From the NCBI GenBank assembly GCA_963666275.2, contig CAXXOA010000002.1, positions 896,001 through 960,000 on the forward strand: DNA of 64,000 nt. The letters run 5' to 3'. The position numbers were made by a program, and so were the translations under genes. The notes beneath the pieces are model-generated. The model made no database searches and was not told the origin of the DNA. It saw only the letters and a program-made list of their open reading frames with translations. Within the stretch, counting starts at the first letter, position 1. Every line of letters starts with the position of its first letter. Of this stretch, positions 1-10,042 are shown piece after piece. Origin of the DNA: Oceanispirochaeta sp. Its GTDB lineage: Bacteria > Spirochaetota > Spirochaetia > DSM-2461.

Positions 1-1
1 T

Positions 2-820
2 ATCCATGAAACGGGAAACAGAAAGGACTTTCCCTTTGTGGGGGTCAACTGCGCGGCGCTGTCTGAGACCCTGCTGCTCAGCGAACTCTTTGGCCATGAA
101 AAAGGGGCATTCACAGGGGCTCAGGAGAGAAAAATCGGGAAAATTGAGCTGGCCGACAAGGGAACGCTCTTTCTGGATGAAATCGGGGATATGTCCCTGG
201 ATGCCCAGGCCAAGCTCCTGCGGGTTATTGAAGAGGGAACCTTTGAGCGGGTCGGAGGAAACCGTCCCGTCAAAGCGGATTTCCGGCTTATCGCCGCCAC
301 CAACAGGGACCTCTCCGCTCTGGTGGCATCCCGGCAGTTCCGTCAGGACCTCTACTACCGTCTGAAGGTTATCACCTTCCATCTCCCTCCCCTCAGGGAG
401 AGGCGGGAGGATATCCCCCTTCTGGCGGACTATTTCTGTGATTTCTTCTGCCGGAAATACAGAAAGGACAAAATGGAGATCTCCCCGGAAAACAAAGAGA
501 CCATGAAAAAATGCAGTTGGCCCGGAAATGTCAGAGAACTGAGGAATATGATCAACCAGGCGGTTCTGCTGAGTTCCGGATCCTCCCCGGACCTCTCTCC
601 CTATCTTCTGCCGGCTGAAGCGGAACCGGAATTTGAGCCGGCTCTGATTCCCGAAGGTTCCCTGCATGAACAGCTGGAGATCCTGACGGAAAAATATGAG
701 AGAAAAATCCTCTCCCGCGCCCTGGAAGAGACTCGCTTCAATAAAACCGAAGCGGCCCAGAAGCTTGGAATCTCCCGGAAAACCCTTTTCAATAAACTTA
801 TGAAATACAACATGGCCTGA
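2..820 (+). CDS. Sigma54-dependent transcriptional activator (AAA+ plus Fis HTH), 5'-truncated by the window
   Basis: [34 protein letters not shown] and C-terminal [16 protein letters not shown]; frame is open back to base 2. Confidence 0.95.
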   Translation: MHETGNRKDFPFVGVNCAALSETLLLSELFGHEKGAFTGAQERKIGKIELADKGTLFLDEIGDMSLDAQAKLLRVIEEGTFERVGGNRPVKADFRLIAATNRDLSALVASRQFRQDLYYRLKVITFHLPPLRERREDIPLLADYFCDFFCRKYRKDKMEISPENKETMKKCSWPGNVRELRNMINQAVLLSSGSSPDLSPYLLPAEAEPEFEPALIPEGSLHEQLEILTEKYERKILSRALEETRFNKTEAAQKLGISRKTLFNKLMKYNMA

Positions 821-994
821 TGGGGGCTTCCGGCTCTTTGTTCTCTCACCGGGCAAGGCCTGCAGGGGCGTCTCCTCCGGGGGAGGTTTGAATTCATAGG
901 CAGATGGCTTATAATGAAACTCTGAATATCCGGTCGGAATGTATTTTTCTTTGAGTTTCGATTTGGTATGCAAAGTCTATCCAAGGAGAAAATA

Positions 995-1477
995 ATGAAA
1001 ATAACAGGCAAATGCGTTGTATCTATGAATTACAAACTGACCGACAAGGACGGGGTACTGCTGGACCAGTCCGCCGATGCTCCTCTGACCTATCTGCACG
1101 GGACAGGATCTCTGATCCCCGGTCTTGAAAAAGAGCTCGAAGGGAAGAGTGCGGGTGACAAAGTAGAGGTTTCCGTTCCTCCTGCCGAAGCCTATGGTGA
1201 GATCGCCCCCCAGCTGATCCAGAAACTTCCTCTGAATATCTTCAATGGTGTAGAGAAAGTGGAAATCGGAATGGAGTTTGAAGCTTCAGGAGCGGAAGGT
1301 CAGGTCATGGTTGTCAGGGTCGAAGACGTGCAGGGTGAGGAAGTAACCGTCAACGGTAACCATCCTCTGGCAGGTAAAACCCTGAATTTTGATGTTGATA
1401 TTGTTGAAGTCCGGGAAGCCACAGAAGAGGAACTGGAACATGGCCATGCTCATGGAGCCGGCGGCCATCATCACTGA
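995..1477 (+). CDS. slyD: FKBP-type peptidyl-prolyl isomerase SlyD
   Basis: YLHG..LIPGLE, PAEAYG, NHPLAGKTLNF, His-rich tail; AGGAG at 983-987 before ATG 995. Confidence 0.93.
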   Translation: MKITGKCVVSMNYKLTDKDGVLLDQSADAPLTYLHGTGSLIPGLEKELEGKSAGDKVEVSVPPAEAYGEIAPQLIQKLPLNIFNGVEKVEIGMEFEASGAEGQVMVVRVEDVQGEEVTVNGNHPLAGKTLNFDVDIVEVREATEEELEHGHAHGAGGHHH

Positions 1478-3627
1478 TTTTTTATATAGTCAACCAGTTT
1501 GTTAATCCGCAGAGGGCGGCTGTAATAGTAGCCCTGAATGAAGTGGCATTTTTTCAGGATGCTGTTGTTCAGCTGTTCCTCTGTTTCGACACCTTCGGCG
1601 ACCATGGACAGATCCATATTATCCGCCAGATTCACAATAGAACTTATGACCTTCATATTTATGGGATCCGGGATATTCCGGATAAAATCCCTGTCAATTT
1701 TAATGCATTCCACAGGGAGTCTGCTGAGATAGCTCAGGCTTGAATAGCCCTTTCCGAAGTCATCAATTATAAGGGTCACACCGGGATGTTCCTTTTTCAG
1801 GCGATTCAGGGTGCGGCTGATCTTTTCGGGGTCTTCCATAAGGAAGGTCTCTGTTATTTCAAGCTTCATCAGCCTGGGATCCAGGCCTGTTCTTTTTATT
1901 ACTCCGTCGATCAGCTCGGGAAAATTCGGAAGCATAAGCTGTTTCGTACTGATATTGACCGACAGAAACAGGTTTGTTTTCAGTTTTCTGTTCAGAAGGC
2001 GGATATCCATGCAGGCTCTGTCCAGAACCCATAAGCCGATGGGGATGATCATGCCGTTCTCTTCTGCCGCAGGGATAAACAGATCCGGGGGAATCACTCC
2101 CCGGGTGCCGTGCTCCCATCGTATGAGAGCTTCTACTCCGGCAATTCCCTCGCCGTTGGTATGTATGGGCTGATACTCCAGAAACATTTCCTGCCTGACC
2201 AGGGCAGACTTCAGTCCCTGTTCTATGGTCCATTTATTTTTTGCCGAGTGGGTCAGGTCTTCTGAAAAAACCACAAACTGATTTTTCCCGTTTTCCTTGG
2301 CGCTGTACATGGCCAGATCCGCATTTTTGGTTATCGTATCATGGTCGCTGCCATGGTCGGGAATCAGGGCGATCCCGATGCTGACCCCTATGGAGGCCTG
2401 ATTGCTCTCACCGTCCTGGTCTATGACGAAACTTCTGCTGATACTGGCCAGTATCTTCCTGGCTACCAGCTCGGCGTCTTTCTTTTCGTTGACCTTGGTC
2501 AGGAGTACAACAAACTCGTCTCCTCCGAAACGGTAGATCAGATCCGACTCTCTCAGGGTATCTCTCAGCCTCTGGGCGGTGTCTATCAGAATTTCATCGC
2601 CCGCCTGATGACCGAATGTATCATTGACCTGTTTAAAACCGTCCAGATCCAGGAAGAAGAGAGCCGCATTGCTGATGGATCCGGAGGACATCTGCTCAAA
2701 GAGGCTTGTGATATCCGAAGCGAATAGATCCCGGTTCCCCAGATCGGTGAGCTTGTCATGGTAGGCCAGGTAGCGCAGTTTCCGCTCGATATTCTTTCTG
2801 TGGCTCACATCCCGGATAATACAGGTCAGAGTCCTTTCGTGGAACTCTCTGGAATTGCCGAAAGATATCTCTATGGGGGAGACTCCCCTGTTCTTGTTCC
2901 GGGCCAGAAGCTCCATATGATCGTCAATATTAATTTCTTTTCTGTCATCAAAATCCACATAGAAATACTTTCTGATGTCAGGGGCATAGCGTTTGAAAAG
3001 TTCTTCCGGAAAGAGGGTTTCGAAGGATTTTCCTGTGATCTCTTTTTTGTCATAGCCGAAAACCCGGATAGTGGCGGAATTGGCATAGATAATCTTGAAG
3101 GACTCATCAATGATGATCACAGCTTCCGAAATGGTTTCCGATAGGGACTCATAGTTTTTCTGAACTTCCTTCAGCTGGTCCACCAGTTTTTCCGAATTGG
3201 ATTCGGGCTCCCAGATATTCAGAAAGAAAGTCCTCTCACTGCCCTGTTTGTAGGGGAGGATGATGGCTTCAAAAGACTTATGTTTGTTATTCCCCGTAAG
3301 GCATCTGAAAAGAAAAAGGTCCTCTTCCTTCTCTATCTGAGTCTCTGTCGTCGGGTTGAGCTGCTCTCTGATTCTGCTTTTAAGAAGGGGATGGTATTCC
3401 GGGGGAATCAGATCGTATATGGATTCGGCAGGCAAACCGGTTTCGGGTATTTCCAGGATTTTTTGTGCATGAGAGTTTGTTTTCAGAATCTTTCCATCCT
3501 CTTTCAGTTGAATAACACCGTCTATGGCATTTTCCATAATGAAATCCGAGGGGATCCCCATGCTGTCGGCAATGGACTTTTCTATGTCAGTATCCCGTTC
3601 CTTATTTTCTGAAATCTTTTCAGCCAA
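1471..3627 (-). CDS. PAS-PAS-GGDEF-EAL diguanylate cyclase/phosphodiesterase
   Basis: HDKLTDLGNR, DLDGFKQVND, RESD-x5-GGDEF, VEALIRW, DDFGKGYSSL, AEGVET; TTG start. Confidence 0.93.
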   Translation of the reverse strand: MAEKISENKERDTDIEKSIADSMGIPSDFIMENAIDGVIQLKEDGKILKTNSHAQKILEIPETGLPAESIYDLIPPEYHPLLKSRIREQLNPTTETQIEKEEDLFLFRCLTGNNKHKSFEAIILPYKQGSERTFFLNIWEPESNSEKLVDQLKEVQKNYESLSETISEAVIIIDESFKIIYANSATIRVFGYDKKEITGKSFETLFPEELFKRYAPDIRKYFYVDFDDRKEINIDDHMELLARNKNRGVSPIEISFGNSREFHERTLTCIIRDVSHRKNIERKLRYLAYHDKLTDLGNRDLFASDITSLFEQMSSGSISNAALFFLDLDGFKQVNDTFGHQAGDEILIDTAQRLRDTLRESDLIYRFGGDEFVVLLTKVNEKKDAELVARKILASISRSFVIDQDGESNQASIGVSIGIALIPDHGSDHDTITKNADLAMYSAKENGKNQFVVFSEDLTHSAKNKWTIEQGLKSALVRQEMFLEYQPIHTNGEGIAGVEALIRWEHGTRGVIPPDLFIPAAEENGMIIPIGLWVLDRACMDIRLLNRKLKTNLFLSVNISTKQLMLPNFPELIDGVIKRTGLDPRLMKLEITETFLMEDPEKISRTLNRLKKEHPGVTLIIDDFGKGYSSLSYLSRLPVECIKIDRDFIRNIPDPINMKVISSIVNLADNMDLSMVAEGVETEEQLNNSILKKCHFIQGYYYSRPLRINKLVDYIKNQ

Positions 3628-3806
3628 TTTATATACCCTGAGACTTTTTGAGAAGAATATATCGTTTACTACGTTAGAATGCTAATTATTGAGAAAATCA
3701 GCAAAAAAAACAATCAACGACCGGAAATAAACTGCATAATATTTCATTTTTCCAACCTATTCCCCTCAGATCATTCATATTTCCCGGTGGGGAAACTCCA
3801 CTCGTG

Positions 3807-3834
3807 TTGGCAAGATGGAAAGTACAGGTATAAT
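3807..3834 (+). promoter_or_regulatory. sigma70-like promoter of avtA (leaderless geometry)
   Basis: TTGGCA-N16-TATAAT, 7 nt before ATG 3842. Confidence 0.7.
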
Positions 3835-3841
3835 CAGAGTT

Positions 3842-5095
3842 ATGAAATTGTCTGGATTTGGTGAAAAATTTACTTCTAAGTCGGGAATCCTCGAATTGAT
3901 GGATGACCTGGGAAAGGCCGTGTCGGGATCGGATCATGTCTGCATGCTGGGAGGGGGAAACCCCGGGAGCATCGAACAGGTGAATGCTGTCTGGAGAAGA
4001 TGTCTGACCGAACTGATGGCACAGGGGAACAAAATGGAAGAAGCCCTGGCCAATTACGATACCCCTCAGGGAAAACACTCTTTTCTGACGGCTCTGGCGT
4101 CTCTTCTGAAAGGCCAGTACGGCTGGGATATAGGTCCCGAGAATATTGCCGTGACCAATGGCAGTCAGAATGCCTTTTTTATACTTCTGAATCTCTTTTC
4201 CGGCACCGATGCGGAGGGGGTCAAAAAGAAGATCCTTTTTCCCATGTGTCCCGAGTACATCGGTTATGCCGATCAGGCTGTGGAGGAAGGCGTTTTTAAA
4301 ACAGTCCCTGCAGCGATACATGATGAGGACGGGTTCTTTTTCAAGTACCATGCGGATTTTTCAAAAATAGAGATAGGCGAGGATGTGGGGGCTCTCTGTG
4401 TTTCCCGCCCCACGAATCCAACGGGGAATGTTCTGACCGATGACGAGATCCGGCACCTGGCGGATCTGGCTGCCGGCGCGGGGGTTCCCTTTATTGTGGA
4501 CAATGCCTACGGTTCCCCCTTTCCCGAAATAATATTTCAGGATGTCACCCCTCTCTGGAATGAAAATATCATCCTCAGCATGAGTCTTTCCAAACTGGGG
4601 CTTCCTTCGGTCCGGACGGGGATCATTGTGGCTTCCCCCGAGATTATCCAGGCTGTTTCCGCCTGTAATGCCATTATCAGCCTGGCCAACGGTACCATCG
4701 GGCAGGTTATAACGGAATCTCTGATTAAAAGCGGCGAGATCCTGGACCTGAGCCGCAACTGTATCCGGCCCTTCTACAAGGAGAAATCCGATAGAGCTGT
4801 GTCTCTTCTGAGAGATCTGATGCCGCCGGAGGTGGATTTCAGGGTTCATCGGAGCGAGGGGGCCATTTTCCTCTGGGTCTGGTTCAGGAATCTGTCCATT
4901 ACATCCAGAGAGCTCTATGAGAGACTGAAAAAACGGGGGGTGATCGTCGTTCCCGGAGAGTATTTCTTTTTCGGGCTGGAAGAGACCTGGGAGCACAGTT
5001 CCCAATGCCTCAGGATCAACTATGCCCAGGAGGATCACCTTGTGGAAGAGGGAATCCGGGTTCTGGCGGAAGAAGCCGCGGGAGCTGTCAGGTGA
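3842..5095 (+). CDS. avtA: Valine-pyruvate transaminase (PLP class I)
   Basis: SGILELMDDL, LGGGNP, TNGSQ, PEYIGY, SRPTNPTGN, DNAYG, SLSKLGLP; start set at MKLSGFG by family N-terminus and adjacent promoter. Confidence 0.88.
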   Translation: MKLSGFGEKFTSKSGILELMDDLGKAVSGSDHVCMLGGGNPGSIEQVNAVWRRCLTELMAQGNKMEEALANYDTPQGKHSFLTALASLLKGQYGWDIGPENIAVTNGSQNAFFILLNLFSGTDAEGVKKKILFPMCPEYIGYADQAVEEGVFKTVPAAIHDEDGFFFKYHADFSKIEIGEDVGALCVSRPTNPTGNVLTDDEIRHLADLAAGAGVPFIVDNAYGSPFPEIIFQDVTPLWNENIILSMSLSKLGLPSVRTGIIVASPEIIQAVSACNAIISLANGTIGQVITESLIKSGEILDLSRNCIRPFYKEKSDRAVSLLRDLMPPEVDFRVHRSEGAIFLWVWFRNLSITSRELYERLKKRGVIVVPGEYFFFGLEETWEHSSQCLRINYAQEDHLVEEGIRVLAEEAAGAVR

Positions 5096-6291
5096 CTCTG
5101 AACGTCCTGATTGTTCTGATCCTTATCGGGGGATGGTTTTCGGGAAGGATCTTTGCCCGGATCGGCCTGCCTTCGGTGCTCGGTATGATTTTCTGGGGGA
5201 TCGCCATCGGTCTGGGGGGAGAGGGGTTCATTCCCGCTTCTCTGGATGAAATCAGCCCTTTTCTGAAATCCCTGGCTCTCATTGTCATTCTTCTCAGAGC
5301 GGGTCTGGGAATCAGAAGGTCCACCCTGGAAAAGGTGGGTAGGGTCGCTCTTCTCATGTCATTCCTTCCCTGTCTTTTCGAAGGAGGGGCTCTGATCCTC
5401 CTTTTTCACTATTTTATGGATTTCCCCTGGTTTACCGCCGGGGTGACAGCCTTCCTTCTGGCGGCGGTTTCCCCCGCTGTGGTTGTCCCCTCCATGCTGG
5501 AGATGAAAGACCGAGGTCTGGGAGCGGAGAAGGATGTGCCCACCATTATCCTGGCGGGTGCCTCTCTGGACGATGTTTTTGCGATCACCCTCTTTTCCAT
5601 CTTTCTGGGACTGGCGGGAGGCCAGGAAATAAGTCCCGCCATGGCCCTCCTCAGGATTCCCCTTTCGATTGCAGGGGGTATCATCCCCGGGGTGATTGTC
5701 GGTTTTTTTCTGACCTGGTACTTTCGGAAGCACCATGAGAAGATCCGGGCCACCGAAAAATCCCTGCTCCTTCTGGGGATGGCCGTCCTGCTGGTGGATA
5801 TCGGAGACTGGATTCAGACAGCCGCTCTCCTGGGGGTTATGACCACCGGGTTTATCCTTCTGGAGCGGGCGGAACATGTGGCTCATGAGCTGGCCGCCAA
5901 GCTGAATAAAGCCTGGGTTTTTGCAGAAATTGTGCTTTTCGTTCTTATTGGAATTTCAGTAGATGCCCGGGTCGCTTTCAGGGCGGGTCTGGCGGGACTT
6001 CTCATCATTGCGGGAGGGCTCATTTTCCGTTCTGTCGGTGTCTGGCTGGCGACTATGGGGAGCGGACTGAACAGAAAAGAGAGATTTTTCTGCGTCATCT
6101 CCTATCTGCCTAAAGCTACTGTTCAGGCTGCCATGGGGTCGGTTCCTCTGGCGGCGGGTATCCCCGAAGGGGAGCTCATCCTGGCACTGGCAGTTCTGGC
6201 TATTGTCTTTACAGCGCCTATGGGACTTATAGGAATCAGAAAGCTGGGTCCCCTGCTGCTTGAAATGCCTCAGGATCCGGCGGGCTCGTAA
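5092..6291 (+). CDS. Cation:proton antiporter (NHA2/SLC9B-like)
   Basis: Many TM segments, ILLRAGL, AVSPAVVVP, ASLDD, LPKATVQAA; GTG start overlaps avtA stop (GTGA). Confidence 0.88.
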   Translation: MTLNVLIVLILIGGWFSGRIFARIGLPSVLGMIFWGIAIGLGGEGFIPASLDEISPFLKSLALIVILLRAGLGIRRSTLEKVGRVALLMSFLPCLFEGGALILLFHYFMDFPWFTAGVTAFLLAAVSPAVVVPSMLEMKDRGLGAEKDVPTIILAGASLDDVFAITLFSIFLGLAGGQEISPAMALLRIPLSIAGGIIPGVIVGFFLTWYFRKHHEKIRATEKSLLLLGMAVLLVDIGDWIQTAALLGVMTTGFILLERAEHVAHELAAKLNKAWVFAEIVLFVLIGISVDARVAFRAGLAGLLIIAGGLIFRSVGVWLATMGSGLNRKERFFCVISYLPKATVQAAMGSVPLAAGIPEGELILALAVLAIVFTAPMGLIGIRKLGPLLLEMPQDPAGS

Positions 6292-6920
6292 ATTCTCAGA
6301 CCGTAGATGTTTCTGGCCGGGCCGCTGCCGAATTTATCACTCAGATTGTACTGTTCGCTCAGATAGCGGGTTTTCTCGTTCAGAGGATCCCTTATGAGGA
6401 AATCCGCTTCTCTGTAACCGTTGATCACAACGAAATGGGGGATCCCTCCGGGACGGAGAACCTCCGCAATCACAGGGATGTCCCTGTCCAGATAGGAGCG
6501 GATGAGTTCGGGATCTGCCGGAGTGCTGCGGAAGTCCACGTAGGTATAACTCCCGATCTGATCCATCTTGTCCACAGGCTTCTGCCAGAGAATTCTGACT
6601 TTTCCCAGGAATTCTCCCGAATCGTCATCCCAGCCCTTATCAAAACCTTCATTTTCGACAAGCCATTTGTTCAGTCTGCCCGGATTTGTTCTGACATTGT
6701 AATAGTCCAGCACCATTGCCGCTGCGGTGAGGGCACAGCCGTGAGTATGGATTGTCAGGGTTTTACTGGTTCCGAGGAAGTCCTCACCCCAGCGTTCCGC
6801 TTTTGTCTGACCGAACCAGCGGACGCGGAGTTCCTTCTCGGCGGTTCCTGATCCGTACATCAGGAAGGACGTTGTCAGGATCAGAAGAAGAAGGGGATAG
6901 AAGGTTTGCTTTCTGCACAT
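6270..6920 (-). CDS. Exported C39-like cysteine peptidase
   Basis: Signal peptide; GCALTAAAMVL (Cys), PHFVVING (His), RDP (Asp). Confidence 0.8.
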   Translation of the reverse strand: MCRKQTFYPLLLLILTTSFLMYGSGTAEKELRVRWFGQTKAERWGEDFLGTSKTLTIHTHGCALTAAAMVLDYYNVRTNPGRLNKWLVENEGFDKGWDDDSGEFLGKVRILWQKPVDKMDQIGSYTYVDFRSTPADPELIRSYLDRDIPVIAEVLRPGGIPHFVVINGYREADFLIRDPLNEKTRYLSEQYNLSDKFGSGPARNIYGLRIYEPAGS

Positions 6921-6951
6921 GAGTAGGAGTATACCGCGGGACGGGTATTTT

Positions 6952-7542
6952 TCAGTTCTGTTTGATCAGTATGTTGGAAATTCCTATGGCTTCGAGCTTT
7001 CTGGCGTAACTGGCTGTCTGAATTTCCGGAATATCAGCCAGGACGATACGGGTGATGCCCCTGTTGTTGAGGATAGCTTCGGGACTGAAACCGTTCCGTT
7101 CCAGAAGTTCCTTCATGGCCGTGGCATTCTCCAGATTTCTGTAGGCTCCCACCTGGATGGTGAATTTCACTTCCAGCACTTCCATATTATCCACAGTCAG
7201 GATAACAGGGGCGGTGCCTGATTTTATCATGTCCAGTTCCACAGCGGCCGCATAGGAAAGGTCGATGATTCTGCCGTCCACAAAAGGACCCCTGTCATTG
7301 ATCCGGACCTGCACGGTTCTGCCGTTATTCAGGTTGGATACAGTCACAACTGTGTTGAAGGGGAGTTTCTTATGGGCTGCTGTGAGCTCATGTGTATTAA
7401 AGGTTTCTCCATTGGCTGTCAGCCTTCCATGGAACTTTCCTCCATACCAGGAGGCAATCCCCTCTTCATCATAGGCCCAGAGGTTCGCTGCTGCTGAAAT
7501 CATCAGCAGTAAAACAAGAAATTTGCAAATGTTTTTTCCCAT
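6952..7542 (-). CDS. rlpA: RlpA family lytic transglycosylase with C-terminal SPOR domain
   Basis: [44 protein letters not shown] motif. Confidence 0.93.
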   Translation of the reverse strand: MGKNICKFLVLLLMISAAANLWAYDEEGIASWYGGKFHGRLTANGETFNTHELTAAHKKLPFNTVVTVSNLNNGRTVQVRINDRGPFVDGRIIDLSYAAAVELDMIKSGTAPVILTVDNMEVLEVKFTIQVGAYRNLENATAMKELLERNGFSPEAILNNRGITRIVLADIPEIQTASYARKLEAIGISNILIKQN

Positions 7543-7549
7543 AGCTTCT

Positions 7550-7577
7550 CTATCGGCGTTGAAATCCTATCTGTTTA
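7550..7577 (-). promoter_or_regulatory. Candidate sigma28 (FliA) promoter of rlpA
   Basis: Minus strand TAAA-N16-GCCGATAG. Confidence 0.55.
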
Positions 7578-7673
7578 GACTCTTTCCAGACCCGGTTCAC
7601 ATTTTGTTCATAACCTCCCCGTATTGTTTAAACCGTAACAAAGCATAAAGGTCATTCATTCAGGAGGTTTGAC

Positions 7674-8246
7674 ATGAAAAAGATTTTAATTATCGGTTTA
7701 CTGGCTGCTGCGGCAGGTACAGGTCTGTTTGCCAGAGGCGGCAATGATACGACTCAGCAAGATGCTCCCTACGGATACGGTTCCGGCCCCATGGGCGGAT
7801 ATGGAAGAGGATGGAACGGCGCACCCGGTGCCCAGCAGGGTCCGGGGATGATGTACTGGACCGATCAGGATGGTAATCCTGTCAATGCTCCCCAGTACGA
7901 AGAAGTGACTGTAGAAGGGACCCTGGTTCTTGAGACAGGTACCCATCCCTATATTGAAGAGGCAGGAGTGAAGGTTTTCCTTATGGTTCCCCCTTTTGCT
8001 GTTTACGATCTTGATCTGAAGGGCGGCGAGAGTGTACAGGTTTCCGGATATGAGATCCCCGGAGGCGGGCCCATGTTCTGGAATAGTGACGATTCGGCAA
8101 GATTTGTTCAGGTCCAGACGGCCGTTATCGACGGTGAAGAGCTGACTCTCCAGGGCGGAATGGCTTATGGCAACGGCGCCTGGTGTGGTCCCGGAGCCGG
8201 CGGCGGAATGGGTAGAGCCGGAGGACGCGGTCCCGGAAGGTGGTAA
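7674..8246 (+). CDS. Exported Gly/Met-rich hypothetical protein with central beta (OB-like) domain
   Basis: Signal peptide, AGGAGG RBS, Gly-rich flanks, followed by a terminator. Confidence 0.8.
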   Translation: MKKILIIGLLAAAAGTGLFARGGNDTTQQDAPYGYGSGPMGGYGRGWNGAPGAQQGPGMMYWTDQDGNPVNAPQYEEVTVEGTLVLETGTHPYIEEAGVKVFLMVPPFAVYDLDLKGGESVQVSGYEIPGGGPMFWNSDDSARFVQVQTAVIDGEELTLQGGMAYGNGAWCGPGAGGGMGRAGGRGPGRW

Positions 8247-8273
8247 TTCTTTAGGCCGTTACTGTGATTTCAG

Positions 8274-8304
8274 GGGAGGTTTCTGCTTCAGGAGCCTCCC
8301 TTTT
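8274..8304 (+). terminator. Intrinsic terminator
   Basis: GGGAGGTTTCT..AGGAGCCTCCC then TTTT. Confidence 0.65.
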
Positions 8305-8307
8305 CTG

Positions 8308-8336
8308 TTGCCATAGCGCTCATGGGTCTATATAAT
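8308..8336 (+). promoter_or_regulatory. sigma70 promoter of lysS (leaderless geometry)
   Basis: TTGCCA-N17-TATAAT, 8 nt before ATG, no SD. Confidence 0.75.
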
Positions 8337-8344
8337 TCCTTGCC

Positions 8345-9934
8345 ATGAGTAATGATAATAAACCTACATCGACACACTGGGCGGATATCACCGCCGATAA
8401 GATTATCCGCGAACGGGGACCCAAGGAGCACTATACCTGTGCTTCGGGAATTACCCCCTCCGGAACAGTACATATAGGAAACTTCAGAGAGATCATCTCT
8501 GTGGAGCTTGTTGTGAGAGCTCTGAGAGAAAAGGGCGAAAAAGTCCGTTTTATCTATTCCTGGGACGACTATGATGTTTTCCGTAAGGTTCCCAAGAATA
8601 TGCCTCAGCAGGAGCTTCTGGAAACCTATCTGAGAAAACCCATCGTTGTGGTTCCCGATGTCCTGGGCGATCAGGAAAGTTATGCAGCCGCCAACGAGAA
8701 GGAACTGGAAAAGCTACTCCCCCGGGTGGGCGTCTATCCTGAGTATATCTACCAGGCCAAACGCTACAGAGCGTCCGAATACGCCGAAGGAATCAGAACA
8801 GCCCTGGAGCATAAAGAGCAGATCAGAGCCCAGCTGGATGAAAGCCGAACCTCTCCTCTGGCAGAGGACTGGATGCCGGTTTCCGTTTTCTGTACCGCCT
8901 GCGACCGGGATACAACCAAAGTCACAGGATGGGACGGCGATTACGGTGTCTCCTACACCTGCGAATGCGGTCATGAAGAGACCGTGGATCTGAGAAAGAC
9001 CCATGCGGTGAAGCTCCCCTGGAGGATCGACTGGCCCATGCGCTGGAAAATGGAAGATGTGGACTTCGAACCGGCCGGAAAGGATCATCACTCCGAAGGC
9101 GGCAGCTTTGATACGGCCAAAAAGACAGGAAAAGAGACCTATGGTCATGAACCTCCCGTCACCTTCCAGTACGATTTTATCCGCATAAAAGGCCGGGGAG
9201 GGAAGATTTCATCCTCTTCGGGAGAAGTTGTCTCCCTGGCGGATGTTCTTGAAATCTATCAGCCCGAGGTTATCCGTTACCTTTTCGCCGGAACCAGACC
9301 CAATACGGAGTTTGCCATCTCCTTTGATCTGGACGTCCTCAAAATCTACGAAGATTATGACAAGTGCGAAAGAACCTACTTCAATAAACCCGATTCTCCC
9401 AAAGCTCTGAAGAAATGGGAGAAACAGGCCAGAATCTATGAGCTCTCCCAGGTTGATAAAGTTCCTGAAAAAATGCCCTATCAGATTCAGATCCGTCATC
9501 TCTGCAACATCCTTCAGGTATTCGCCGGAGATGTCGACTCTGTAATCGCCTATCTGGGCGATGTGGAACCTGATCAGGTTGAAAGATTCCGTCAGAGAGC
9601 CGTCTGCGCCTGGAACTGGGTCAGGGATTTTGCTCCGGAAGATTTTCAGTTTGCCCTGCGTACCCCGGAAGAGGGAAAGGTCGAACTGGATGAGAAAAAC
9701 ATCGAAGCCATCAGAAGACTCGCCGGAATTATACGGGAGGGAATGGATTCCCTGGATGAAAAAGAGTTCGGTACCAGAGTCTACGACATGATGAAAGAGC
9801 TGGAACTCGAATCGGCTGACTTTTTTACAGCCGTCTACAAAGCTCTTGTCTCCAAGGAAAAAGGCCCCAGGCTGATCAGTTTTCTCTATACAATCGGAAA
9901 GGAAAGGGTTCTGGCTCTGCTGGATCTCTACTGA
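8345..9934 (+). CDS. lysS: Lysine--tRNA ligase, class I
   Basis: HWAD, SGITPSGTVHIGN, KLPWRIDWPMRW, FEPAGKDH, KISSS, GPRL. Confidence 0.97.
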   Translation: MSNDNKPTSTHWADITADKIIRERGPKEHYTCASGITPSGTVHIGNFREIISVELVVRALREKGEKVRFIYSWDDYDVFRKVPKNMPQQELLETYLRKPIVVVPDVLGDQESYAAANEKELEKLLPRVGVYPEYIYQAKRYRASEYAEGIRTALEHKEQIRAQLDESRTSPLAEDWMPVSVFCTACDRDTTKVTGWDGDYGVSYTCECGHEETVDLRKTHAVKLPWRIDWPMRWKMEDVDFEPAGKDHHSEGGSFDTAKKTGKETYGHEPPVTFQYDFIRIKGRGGKISSSSGEVVSLADVLEIYQPEVIRYLFAGTRPNTEFAISFDLDVLKIYEDYDKCERTYFNKPDSPKALKKWEKQARIYELSQVDKVPEKMPYQIQIRHLCNILQVFAGDVDSVIAYLGDVEPDQVERFRQRAVCAWNWVRDFAPEDFQFALRTPEEGKVELDEKNIEAIRRLAGIIREGMDSLDEKEFGTRVYDMMKELELESADFFTAVYKALVSKEKGPRLISFLYTIGKERVLALLDLY

Positions 9935-9956
9935 TTCCTTTCATTTTGATCTGAAG

Positions 9957-9983
9957 AGCTCCGGGCAACCGGAGCTTTTTTTT
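9957..9983 (+). terminator. Intrinsic terminator after lysS
   Basis: AGCTCCGG-GCAA-CCGGAGCT followed by a T run. Confidence 0.88.
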
Positions 9984-10042
9984 CGGATTCATTTGCGATT
10001 TCTCCCGGGGATGTCTAAAATTTAGAATCGAGGAAATGCGCT

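Noticed and set aside
1471..3627. Degenerate GGDEF/EAL receptor
   Set aside because: GGDEF, I-site, EAL and DDFG motifs are all intact; ordinary hybrid enzyme
3655..3690. sigma28-like AACGATAT upstream of the GGDEF-EAL gene
   Set aside because: No convincing TAAA -35 at the right spacing
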